Positions 11,850-24,179 of a stretch of DNA of 64,000 bases are shown here, piece after piece. Numbering within the stretch: position 1 is the stretch's first letter; each line of letters begins with the position of its first letter. Source of the DNA: Phoronis australis (Eukaryota > Animalia > Phoronida). Position numbers and translations under genes: made by a program. The notes beneath the pieces are model-generated. The model did no database searches. It saw only the letters and a list, made by a program, of their open reading frames with translations, and was not told the DNA's origin. Location: the NCBI GenBank assembly GCA_002633005.1, contig NMRA01000299.1:248001-312000 (forward strand). The letters are read 5' to 3'.

Positions 11850-13030
11850 TCTGCTTAATTTCATAATGACCCTTAAAGCGGCTTGGCGGATAGAAAGACT
11901 ATGCCAAAAACAGACATTGCTAAATAATTATGGTAATTAGGGGGTGCAGAATGTATTGAATCTGATCAAAGATGGATGGCGTTGTCTCTTTAATAGAAAA
12001 CTATTCACCAAATTCAATGAATATTATCCAGGAATTTGGAAGATACAGAGGCATAGCCCACCAAAAAAGGAAAATCTAATTTGCCACGAGGGAACACTAC
12101 AGTTTGAGTGTCAGACGTGATCCAAAATCAATGCCAGCCGTACTCTCAAATGAAATCCATATACCAATCACATAAAGTTCCATCAGGGGCCTGGCAGATA
12201 TTGAGGAACAGGCAAAAAACAAACTATGGGGCAACCCAGCAATTAGACTCATCCAAAAATCAATGTCAGCCAAGCTCATGAAAATGACCACTAGGGATGA
12301 AAACAGTTTGAACCCACCTGAAAATGAGAATGCGTTGTTACGCATGACTGAACCATAAATGGTATGCTTTTGTTTACCAGTGTCAAACCTGCCTGAAAAT
12401 GGGAAAGTGTCGCTGTCTCCCTAATAAAAATCTATCCACAAAATTTTATGAAAACTTGTTAAGGAACTCGAAAAAATAGAAGCAAAAATAGAAAATGAAA
12501 TTTCCCAAGGAGTACCAGCTGTAGTTGGATCCATTTGAGAAAGTGATCTTGCAGTTATCATGGAATACAGTCTAGCAAATAAATGAAATTTCACAATGAT
12601 CTTGCAAGAGCATAGGATATAATAGCTATGAATGCAAAAAAAGAAAAACTGCCACCATCAATCAATGTCAGCCATGCTCTTGTTAGTAGGAACACATCTG
12701 CAACTTTCGAAAATGATCCTTAAAGCAGCTTGGCAGATACAGGATGCAGATACCAAAAAACAGACTCAAAAATAATAAAAATGGTCACAGAATGTGTAGA
12801 ACGTGTGCCAAATGGGAATGCATATGTCTTCTTGATAACAGAAGCCTATCAAGTAAATTCCCTGAAAATCTGTCGTGAAACTCCAAAGATACAGAGGCGT
12901 AAAAAAAATAAAATTGCCACCTAGGGCACAGCAGGAGTCAGATGAGTCCAAAAGTCGTAGTCATGTCACCAGCTTGCCATAGAGATGACTGTAATGTGAG
13001 ACGATAAAATAAATATACATGGGCCTTTTA
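11850..13030 (+). mobile_element. Degenerate copy of HINE-like repeat family
   Basis: Diverged subunits with (TG)CCACNAGG and GAAGATACAGAGG motifs. Confidence 0.5.
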
Positions 13031-14470
13031 AAAAATTATATATAAAAGTAACGTAACGTAAGGAGACAAAGTAATATGGAATAGGAAAACCCATGGAAAC
13101 TACAAATTATCAGGACTGTTGCAGCTTAAAATAATTAATAATATCGTTTAAAATTCTGAAAACTGGGAGCAAGAATCGCACTTGCAATTGAAGTGACTTT
13201 ATTATCAATCCAAATGTCTGGATATAGGGTAGTCAATGCAAAAGTCTCTTGGAATTGATATGCATAACAATCACCGCAAGCTGACTTCCAAACTGCACAA
13301 TCAACATTATATGTCAACCTATTTGTTACCAATGTCGCACTACCCCACATCATGTTGCGGCCCCATTTTCATCCTGCCCCCACCCCTAATCACCACAACA
13401 CAGACCGAGGTATTAACATGCGATTATGGAACAAGAATAGCATAACACTGGCGCTACCTGGAAGCACTATTATAGTGCAAAAAGCATGGTAAATCTGAGA
13501 AAAACGTGAAACTTGACATTGATTAGGCAATAATAAAATATTTTGCAGTCCAAAATTCTGATAAGGCAAAGCATTTAATCAAACATCAAATGAAGTGGTA
13601 CTCGTTTTCAGATACCAGGTATGTGGGTGAATGTTTACATGGCTTGAATTAGTTCCCCTCACTGGTTGGGCACCAGAGGAAGGTGGCTCAAATGGCTACA
13701 AAACAGAAGTGCTCCAGCAAAATGGCTTGAAATGACATGCTACGCACTTCACTAAGGCCATATTTAATCTGGCAACTGTAAAGCATATTTTTTGCACTAA
13801 GTGGAAAATAGCCTAAGAAACATACCAGGACCGTTAAAGTAAGCCTTGTTACAGACTAACATGCATTACCTACTTCCTTTACAAAACTCATATATTGCAG
13901 GCTTTGCCTACCATAATTATCAGGTAAGTGTAAGGCCTGTTGCACAAGCAGAAATACTTGTGTTGTTCTGCAATAATCCCCAATATAATACAACATATTA
14001 TGTGAACAATGTATACAGACTATTAAAAACAATTTTGTAATCAAATAGTATAGCCAAGCTCAATCCACTTAATGTCAGTAACAGATAGAATTGGTATTGT
14101 ACGCTCACAAAGGGTGTGTATTTGTTGTCACTTGAATGTTGTTGAAAAAGAAATTCAATTTTTATGATTGTGTCCTGTACGTAACGATCCTCATCAAAAA
14201 TTCAAACGTCCTATCAGAAAATAATATCATTGACAGTGTAATTTGTAAACATAATGAAAACAACCAATATAAAAGAGTTCAGGAACCAGAGTGTAAATTT
14301 TTATTAAAATCTCAAGACAAACAGGAATCAATTGTTCAATGTAAAATATGTGTAAATCATTATTTATATATTATACTTTATTATATAGGCCAGTGGCCTT
14401 ATTACTTGAAATAAACTGATAAATCTTAACTGTTCTCTCATTTTGCTCCCTATTATCTTACAGTACTTAC

Positions 14471-14576
14471 CTCCCCTGAAGGCGTGATCACAATGTTGTG
14501 AATGATTGGTTGAAAATGTTGAAAGTTCTTGAACAATTTTCCAAAGACTTTCTGCTTTTCGATTGGCATGGATGTT
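14471..14576 (-). CDS. Exon (TSMPIEKQKVFGKLFKNFQHFQPIIHNIVITPSGE)
   Basis: TTTTCAG acceptor, GAG|GTAAGT donor. Phase 2-0 fits both neighbours. Confidence 0.8.
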
Positions 14577-15200
14577 CTGAAAATTTGCAATTTAAGCACA
14601 ATAACTCAGAAATAAGTGACAAGAGCAACAAAAAGCATTGACAAGCGGCCAGTGTGAGTATTGCAAATGGCAAATATATAAAGGATGCCCATTTTTTACA
14701 CTTAGACTAAACCAGACTTTTAACTTGATCAATATAGATAATGCCACAAAGAAAACTAAAAAATGACCACCACAGGGCACAGTAGCAGTTGGATTCTTAC
14801 AATAATCACTTTCAACTTAATACAAATTCATCAGCCTAGATGATTCATCAAGTGATTTGACAAACAGGGAAGAGGGTCCTTCTCACACACACCATACATA
14901 GTAAACAATAGTTCATACAAGTCATGAGAATCCAAACAATTCAAAATGATGTTTGGAGCAGGAAACCTTACTCAAGGGTTCAGCAGTGTGGTCTAGTGGA
15001 ATTTGAACACACAATCTTTAAATTGGAACGCCGTAACTCTAGTGCTGTTTTTAATCAAAAATGCTGAATTCCAAAATACTTCAAGCTTTCAGGAACAATT
15101 CGTGAAGACGTGAGATAAATGTGATTAAAACCCACTGGCAGTCAAAATTCAAGGAATTGTGGTAACATTCAAATCCCATTGGACAATGAAGCCCATACTA

Positions 15201-17786
15201 CCATAAACATTCGGGTTAACGCACTGGGCGGTTAAATTGGCGAACCCAAAAAAATCAGGAGTGGGCGGTTAACCAGACATGGGCGCTTAAACGTGAAATT
15301 TCAAGAAATCACGGGTGGGCTGTTAACCGAACATGGGCGCTTATTACGACAGACAACCGGGGTTGGCGGTTAATCTTACCTCATGACCACAGTCCCCACG
15401 TATGGTTGGAACGCGTAACACTTTTCCGAGCTATATCGCCATATAGCCAAACGACAGTAAAAATGTCATAACAGCAGATGACCCCAACAAAGGTTCTGTT
15501 GCCTTCAGATTAATCATTTCAGTTAAATTTTCAAAATCGCTGAGTAATAGCCCGTGCCGTCTTGCGGTCTTGCTAGAGCTGTACCTGTAGAGCACAGACA
15601 ACCAGTGACTATGCAGCGCTCCATTTGGATTGCAACTATCCTCACTGACATGGTGACAGCGCAAAGTGCGTGCGTGCAAGCTTCACGTGCTGCATAGGTC
15701 ACAGCACAGTCACGTGATAGTTGTCAAGTTCTGAGTTAGAGAGCAGTTTTAAATTATTTGTAATTAAAGTTTGAAAAACTAATTCAGGTGTTTTTGTGTT
15801 TGGGATGTTTATGTTCGAGACTCGGTGATTCAATGACATTTTCAACGTAAGGTTCTGCGGCTGTTTTATTTTGACCGTCCAGCGGGGGTAGGCATAAATA
15901 GGCCAGTCGTCAATCAAAAGTTACCGCAAAGGCATTACTCAAAAAAAGTACTTTTAAAAGATTTCAATGTTAAAAACATACTAACACGGTGAATGGGATG
16001 AGTCTAATGAACCCGTGTAGTAGAGTCTGAGAAAGAAGTAGTTCATACACAAGTACCTACGTCGGTAAAAATAATTAGAAGACGAAGCCCCCCCATTATT
16101 CGCGTAACCGGCACCAGTGGTTTGTTCCAATGTTGCAAACAGGACTCAGCGCAAGGCATAACGAGCTGCAGGTCGCATTGGCGACCTGAATTTTGAAAAT
16201 GTGAGCTGGGATCTTGGTCATCTTGAATGTAGACGTAACATGCAACCTGAAATTTCCAATGTACGGACCACGGTATACATATGTGATAGAACATCACAAA
16301 ACAGCGATGTTTCTATTTTCTAAACGATCAACTTACCAAATTTTGTGGTGGATAAACACATTTTTATTTTACATGCAAGATTTCCAGGTTATCCTATTAT
16401 AATATCACCTACAATATTGTACTGCGACACTGTTCGGTCCCACTGTTGCGCGCAATGTCCCTGGAAACGATCGCGACTTGGAAATGTCGGCGAGTAATCG
16501 GCCTGTTTCAATATGCATCTCATTTTTATGGCAAAAGACAGCGGCAAACAAATTCTCAAGACCTTCTTTCCGGAGTTGAGCACGCGCATATGAGTCACGG
16601 GTCAATCACATATGCAGTCAAGGTAACTTGCACTCCAGAGCGTGGGAACTCACACGCGCAACACACAAAATTCGCACATCAAAAAACAACAGCGACAGTA
16701 CCAAGTATAAGAGTATAGCGGCTTGACTGTAGGTTTAAGCTGACTGGGTGTTTATTTGACACAGAACTTGGGCCTCCTGCTGTTTTAAAAAAAACAACGT
16801 ACCCCAAAACTGCGACGCGAAGTCTCAGTTCTGATAATTCGCAGCTCGATGTTCCCCAGGCCCTAGGGGTTCAGCCCCTCCCCACTGCTTCCAATTGACA
16901 TATCGCAAGCTCAGCCCCTTTGCGTAATGTCGACTAACAAACAATAAGTTTTACCTGGCAACGTGTTGTTTGTTGGGTTTAATGGCAGCTTGGAAATGAA
17001 GATGCGTCAAAAATGCTGTGTTCTAAATGGTGACTTAAGCCATCACTCAAAATCCTGACGATAGGTCAATTTTTAGTCAGTCTACGTCGTAGATATTTCA
17101 CACTCGAATGGGAAGGATTTTGTTCCGGCTGAAACTAGCCAATGAAGAAACGAAACTATTCGGAAGGGCTAAAAAGGTAGGTGGAAACAATATTCACAAA
17201 GTTAAGGGAATTCTTCAAAATCTGAGAGCTTCCCACCTAAAGCAAATTAGGAGTGTTGGCAAGACAACTGTCATGTTTTTCTGGCTTTATTTTTTTTGAA
17301 TATATGTTTTATCCAGAGCATTGCAGACGGAAACTTAACGCGGCAGACGGCATCACTGAAATCATAGGTAATTTGAAGCCGGCAGGATTCTTAGTTTTGC
17401 CAACATGGGAAGAAAACAAAGTGACAATTGAAAGAATTCAAGAAATTACATTTTGAAGCAAATCCAAGACCCGGGACAATAATTTCTTACTTGTAATATA
17501 ATTCACATTCCCAAACCACCGTCTCCGACGCAGTCATTGTATTCTTAATTATCAGCGATTTTTATCTAAAAATGGGTAATCGCGCGTTTCCTTAGCACTG
17601 GGCACGTAATCAGCAGTCTTCAAAAGTCGGGCATGGGCGCTTACCCGAGAGGTGGGCACTTAATTGGGAATCTTCAAAAATCGCAGAGGGGCGGTTAACC
17701 AAGCAGTGGGAGGCTAAATCGAAAATCCACCTAAAGTAAGGGATGGGTGGTTAAGTGAACATGGGCGTTAACCCGAACGTTTACGG
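15201..17786. mobile_element. Non-autonomous Tc1/mariner(pogo)-like DNA transposon
   Basis: TA|CCATAAACATTCGGGTTAACGC ... GCGTTAACCCGAACGTTTACGG|TA. Subterminal TGGGCG(G/C)TTA repeats at both ends; no transposase ORF. Confidence 0.75.
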
Positions 17787-18339
17787 TATAATACACCCTG
17801 CACAAGGAAAGTGCACTGAATTAGTAGATAGGCAAAAAAATTCTTGCATCCATGGAACACAGCCCAGCTACAGTATTTTATGGTAGATAATAGAAGCACT
17901 CTGTGTTTCAAGCACCACATTCCAACACAGAACGTGTCATGCACCACATTACAACGCAGAGTGTAATTGAGATAGAACATTTAATCTGTACCAAAGTCCC
18001 GTACTTTTAAGGACAGATGGTTTAAAATCAATCTTAATATGCCTTCACCTATCTTGATGTAATGCTAGTTGAGGAAGGAGGTTAAGGGCAAAAATTGCGC
18101 TACTATCGAACACTTAATTCAAGAAAATATTCTCAGACAATCTTATGATGCTGCAAATCCAATGCTATTTCGTGAATCCGACTGGTTCATTTCGTCTATT
18201 TTATGCCATTTCGGTAAATCCAATATCAACTCAACAACTGCATTTTATCTATTTTATCCTTTATTGCAAACACACTGCTACTTCGTAAATTCAATCGTGT
18301 TCTGATGGTGAGACTTCAAAATCCAAAGGACATTCAGTT

Positions 18340-20600
18340 GATTATTCGGTGCAAACTTATTTTTGGTCAATATAGCATATCCTTTAACCATGTTCACTAT
18401 TTCAACATTCACACGCAATGTCAACTGAATACACAGTGTGCAATTAATAATTATCACAAAAACTAGGTCATGCAGGCGGATTCAACATAATAAATGGGTC
18501 AAGCTGGTGCACTGTAGTCCACTTCTAAGTAGTTCAACAGACTGTCAATGTCCTTGGGCTCCATGGAATACAAGATAGTTTAGATTGCACAATGCACCCA
18601 CCATTATATCATCACCAGAAACCATTAAGAATCTTATTGTAAACGAATCTGTGGAAAATTATGTGGTCTAAAAAAATTAACATGATCCCCAAACCAGCCT
18701 CATGGTTTGGTGGATTCTATGAAAGATTAATCGGTGTAATGAAATCAGCAATGAAGAAAGTGCTTGTCAAATCATGTGCAACACTGGATGAACTAGCCAC
18801 TGTGCTATCAGAAATAGAATCTGTGATCAACAACAGACCCCTAACATTATGTATCAACCTCACTCACTCCATCACATCTGATCCATGGACGGTTGACTTC
18901 AAAGTTACCCCGACAGTTTGCAGAACTTGAAGAAATTACAGATTTATATTCAAATTTTAATGTACTACATGACTCCATGGCTTGAGTAGTGAAATATTTG
19001 AACAAGAGCAACGCGGAGTGTTGAAATAAGCCCACGAATGCACTGCAAACGGTGGGCTTCTAAGGTGTTTATTTGTATCATAAAAATGGCCACTAGATAG
19101 TGCAAAATACTTTGAATCCATCAAAAACTGGAAAATGTCACTGTTTTTTAACAGAAAGCTATTTCCCACATTTCATGAAACTTTAGCATAACGGAAAAAA
19201 TGAAATTGCCATTGGGAGACAAAGATTCATCGGATCCGTCTGAAAGTTGTCGTCTTCCGTTGTCAACGTATTATAAATACACTTGCTAAATTTAATAAAC
19301 ATTCTGCCGAGGGCTTAGGAGATACAGCTAGGGGCGCAAAAAAAAATGCTACTAAGAGGCGCCACAGTAATTGAAGCCGGAAAATCATTGTCAACTGTCC
19401 TCTTCATAGCAAGAACATACATGCCAATTTTCACAATCATCTTTAGAGTGGTTCGGTTGATAAAGAGACGGACGCCAAAAACAAGACTTGAAAACAGTAA
19501 AAATAGCCACTAGGAAGCGCAAAATACCACGAATCCATCCAAAAACGGGAGGATGGCATCAACTCATTAATAGATGCCTATGAGCCAAATTTTATAGAAA
19601 TCCATCGACAACCTTTGAAGATACAGAGGTAAACGTAAAAATAATAAAATCACCACTAGGGGGCACACCTGTCATCCGATCTGCCCGAAACTTGTCGTCG
19701 TCCGTTGTCAACTTTATATTAACACATTAGCTACATTTAGTAAAGATCCTGTAGAGCGTTTAAGAGATACAGCCATGGTCACAAAAACAAACAAAACTGC
19801 CACTAGGAGGCGCCACAGTAGTCGAAGTCATCGGAAAATCATCGGCAACCGTCCTCTTCCCAGTAAGGACATACATACCAATTTTCGCAATCATCCTTAG
19901 AGTGGTTTGCTTGACAGAGGGGCGGATGCCAAAAAACGGCCACTAGATGGCGCAAAATGCCTCAAATCTATCCGAAAACAAGAGGATAGCGTCACCTCAT
20001 TAATAGATGCCTATGTGCCAAATTTCATGAAAATCAGTTGAGGATCTTTGAAGATACAGAGGCAAACGTAAAAAACTAAAATTGCCACTAGGGGGCACAG
20101 CGGTATTCGAGTCGGTCCGAACCTCTTTGCCCTCTGTCGTCAGCCCTATAGATACACACCTGCCAAATTTCAGTAAGATCCCGCAAGGGGTTTAGGAGAT
20201 ACAGCCGCGGACGCCGGACACCCAGATGCCCAGATGCCCAGACAGAGATGACGGCAATATGCAAACACATATAAACATGTGGGCGCATAATAAAAAGTGT
20301 ACACAGAATTTTGGACATAATGGAAAACTGAATAGTTTGGCATCACTAGGAGAGAGAGACATACTCAGTCTACAACATGTGGCACAACTCAGAAAAACCT
20401 TATTACCAAGAAAGATGCCGTGCTTATTCATTCGGACACTGGAAAATGTACCATCTGGCCTATGGGTATTGTGAAAGATTTGAATATTGGTGCTGATGGA
20501 TTTATATGTTCAGCAACCATCAATACAAAGTATAAATTGACAAATCAACCAATAACCAAACTGTACCAGCTGGAAGTAAACACTAACTTTATGAACAACA
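18340..20600 (+). mobile_element. BEL/Pao LTR-retrotransposon integrase remnant, split by a HINE-like insertion
   Basis: PASWFGGFYERLIGVMKSAMKK..LSEIESVINNRPLT (18661-18850) and WPMGIVKDLNIGADG..PITKLYQLEV (20455-20580). Confidence 0.85.
19001..20295 (+). mobile_element. Helentron/HINE-like element
   Basis: AACAAGAGCAACGCGGAG start, tandem subunits, GGACGCC repeats, GTGGGCGCATAATAAAAA end. Confidence 0.75.
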
Positions 20601-21190
20601 GTAACGTTGATTTTGCAATTTATCAAGAGCCTGTTAGAGGCTTAAACAGCAAGCAGCTCAATTCGCTATGGATAAAATCACACGATTATCCACTTAAGGC
20701 CAAGATGAACATTAAGGTTAATTGTATATCAAGCAGTGGCTTTGTGTAATTCATGCATAATCATAAGAGTTCTTTGTATACTTGTGGTATATTTTAATTT
20801 GATGTTTGATATTTTGAGTGCAACATCACTGTGACCGTGAATTGACTTTATGAAACATGACTGAATTTACGAAGTAGCATGATTGTATTTGCCATAAAGG
20901 ATATAACAGATAAAATTAATGTGAAGTTGTTGTAATGAGTTAACATTAGATTCATGAAATGGCATAAAATAGATGAAATGAAGCAGTTGAGTAGACATCG
21001 GATTCATGACATAGCATGATTGGATTTGTAGCATCATATTTTCTTCAATTGAGTGTCTGATAGCAGCAACGTTTGCCCTTTGGGTCACCCATACAATGCC
21101 TCTTCAAACATACATTTTCTTAGGCACTCAGATCACACTCATTAAATGAATGTATGATACAACACGGATGTGGTAACAGAAAGGACTCAC

Positions 21191-21339
21191 TTGTTAACCA
21201 ACTCGTTATGAATTTTCTGTCTGCTTGGATTGTCCAGATACTGTGACATCTGTTCATGAATGCGCTTACACATGACATCTGAGTCAGATTTCTGGGATTG
21301 GGTGGTCACTCCGACTAGCAGAAAAGCAAGACTGTCATG
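21191..21339 (-). CDS. Exon, Roc G4-strand region (HDSLAFLLVGVTTQSQKSDSDVMCKRIHEQ..)
   Basis: GTTTTTTTTAG acceptor, GTGAGT donor, phase 0-2. Confidence 0.85.
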
Positions 21340-21950
21340 CTAAAAAAAACAACAGCTCAAAAGTCACATAGTATGTTCCTATTCTTGTTTATCAATTTCA
21401 GGGCTACGAGTTTATGAACACACCAGTGAAATAAGTAAAAAATCTTAGAAACGTGTCTGATCAGACTAAAACAAACTTACCTAGACCATCAAAACGCAGT
21501 TAAAAGCAAAAAGGTTCACTTGGAAGTTCAGTTCTAAAAAAGTCCCCTTATCTAATTACAAAGTTAACTTCGGTTGCTGAAAACATGTACTTAATTTCAA
21601 CAACATGGCATCTCTTTGTCGGTTTTTAACATAATTTCATTTCAATATTATACCAGTACTGTATTTTAAAAACAGTTAGTACTCAGTTTTTCTTGTTGTT
21701 AGCAAAAATGACTTTTCATACACTACTTGCAACTTAAAATCCGTTGCAAACTACAGATATTGGGTACAGTCACACATAAAATACCTGCAAAAGCACTTTA
21801 AATCATGGGTTCAAAGAGGGTTTAATTTTTTTCATGTCAGCTATCAAAAAGAATGGATTTTGATTTTCCAACACAGCTACTGAAAGAATTAGAGGTATGC
21901 CATACAACTAAAGCAACTGATCAAAACATGTAGCAATACAAAGTACTTAC

Positions 21951-22070
21951 TTTACTAGCCAAGTTGATAACTCTGGTAGAGAGCTGGGACACATTTGTTT
22001 CAAAGTCCAGGTCAGCATCATACGGCAGGACACAGAGACAGCAGTTGGACATAAACAGTGGTGACAATGC
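21951..22070 (-). CDS. Exon, Roc-like (ALSPLFMSNCCLCVLPYDADLDFETNVSQLSTRVINLASK)
   Basis: TTTATTTCAG acceptor, GTAAGT donor, 120 nt, phase 0-0. Confidence 0.85.
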
Positions 22071-22956
22071 CTGAAATAAAACTCTGAAGTGTAAGCACTC
22101 AGTGGTTTTAAGTTTGGGGTGCATTCCGAGAGCTTACAGATTCGCAAGAGACTTGTGGCAAGAAATCTTCATTCACTGAATGGAAAATGTGAATTTTGTC
22201 CCATAATTCAAAACACTCCAGCCTTGTCAAGCAATCATTTCAGTGGCAGCCATTTGTAAGTTCAATCTCGAGGTTATTCAAAAACACTGCTTTTCTTTGA
22301 GAGGTTTGGTTGATAGAGAGCTACCCGATGAAAACAAATGGTAAGAGATAAAAACTATATCCTAAATCTTAGAGATCAAAGAATACGTCAAAGGTATCCA
22401 AGCATAGGCTCATGTGTTCTCCATATGTATGTACCGAATTCCACAAAGATGTTATGAAGAACTAGTAGATATTGACTAAGACACAAAAAATTGCCACTAG
22501 GAAGCACATTAATTTCCAATCTCAATTAAAATCGACAGCAGCATTTGTTGTCTCCTCAGGGCTCGGAAGATCATGGCAGAAATATGCACTGGACTACTAC
22601 ATAAGCCCTCTAGTTGGATACCATGTGGTCTGTAACCGATCAACTGCATGACTGCCTTCTAGAATTTCACAAGGAATTTGGTTGATCAGTTCTGTAACGC
22701 GCCAGCAGTTCATCAACATACTTATTGGATCCTGCTACGTTCAGTATGCAAGTGCAACACTAACTTTGTGCCTAAGAAAGCTCAGATAAGAAAGGATGTC
22801 AACCCTCACCAAGGGATTCACACAAACTCCTGATGTTGGAGTGTGCACCATGACAATTTTAAAGTTGCAGTGTGTACCCAAACATACTGCTTACAATCAA
22901 ACAATATGATGCTTAATAAGCCTTCAGTTGTTAATTCAAAAAAAAAACCAGTCAGA

Positions 22957-23116
22957 CATATCTGAAGAGGATATTGTAGCATAATGTACATATCTGAAGA
23001 GGATATTGTAGCATAATGTACATATCTGAAGAGGATATTGTAGCATAATGTACATATCTGAAGAGGATATTGTAGCATAATGTACATATCTGAAGAGGAT
23101 ATTGTAGCATAATGTA
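22957..23116. repeat. Minisatellite, 5 perfect copies of a 32-bp unit
   Basis: Unit CATATCTGAAGAGGATATTGTAGCATAATGTA. Confidence 0.95.
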
Positions 23117-23387
23117 CAGTAAAAAGACACTCTTTCCAGACGAAAGGAATACAAAGCGCCGAAGTGGGTCAGTTTTGAATAATTGTCTTTCTTGCATGTC
23201 TGACGGAACTCAAATTTCAATTTTGCTGAGCACAGTTGGTCGGTGGCACCACTGGATATACTATATTGTTATTCCAAGGGCCATTTTCATGTAACTTTTC
23301 CAAACAAGTCTTAAATTCTATACATACACCTATGTGCAATGTTCCATGGAGTGTAGTTTCATAGACTAAACAAATCATTTGACTCAC

Positions 23388-23551
23388 ACTTGGACACTTG
23401 AAGACATTTAGCAACAGCTTGTCTTCCAACTTCATGTTAAGCAAAGCATCAACAGGATCAGAGGATGACTTTCCAAGTAACTTGAACAAAGAGTCATCTT
23501 TTTCTCCAATTACAACAGCCTTGAGAGAGATGGGATTAGCACTTGCTTTAG
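23388..23551 (-). CDS. Exon, Roc N-terminus with eroded G1/G3 (KASANPISLKAVVIGEKDDSLFKLLG..LLLNVFKCPS)
   Basis: GTTTTTCAG acceptor, GTGAGT donor, phase 1-0. Confidence 0.85.
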
Positions 23552-23739
23552 CTGAAAAACAGTAAACCAGGGCATCAAATCACGTACGAGGGTTGTGTAA
23601 CGCAATTAAGGTGAAGGTCACAGAATATAAGTGATGGAAGAGGCAGTCAGTCAGTCAAAAATATTAACTCCATGACAAAAATTATATGAAATAAGACAAC
23701 CCAAAATAAGCTAGAAAACAGATCATAATGTCTAGGTTT

Positions 23740-24060
23740 CGGCGAGGGGAGGATGGCAACGGAAGATAGGAAGGAAGATATAAAGCATGACGCACCCTCC
23801 CAGGGGAGGGGTTAGGGGGAGGGGATTGGGGAGGGGAGCGGGAGNNNNNNNNNNNNNNNNNNNNNNNNNNNNNNNNNNNNNNNNNNNNNNNNNNNNNNNN
23901 NNNNNNNNNNNNNNNNNNNNNNNNNNGGGAGGGAGAGGTTGAGGGAGAACGGGAAGGGGAAAGAGAGAGATAGAGAGAGAGAGAAAAAGAAGGGGTGGAT
24001 GGAGGGAAGGTAAGGAAGGCAGAGATGGTGACAGGGAGAGCAGGAAATGGGATGATGAGG
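23740..24060. repeat. GA-rich low-complexity tract containing an N gap (23845-23926)
   Basis: Purine runs, (GA)n and Ns. Confidence 0.9.
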
Positions 24061-24179
24061 CAGCTAGCCAGTCAGCCAGAGATAGGAGTTAAGTGTGGAG
24101 AGTAAATGAGTGTAGCAAGAATTAAGCCCGCAATAAAATGCTCTCTCATTCTATAGGAGCCCATCTGCCAAATTTTGCA

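Noticed and set aside
22810-22886. Possible extra exon (TLKLSWCTLQHQEF resembles WDFAGQEE)
   Set aside because: Weak splice signals; exon 23388-23551 already joins 22070 in phase and supplies the equivalent strand.
22957-23116. CRISPR-like 32-bp repeats
   Set aside because: Units are directly adjacent with no spacers, there are no cas genes, and the context is a eukaryotic intron.
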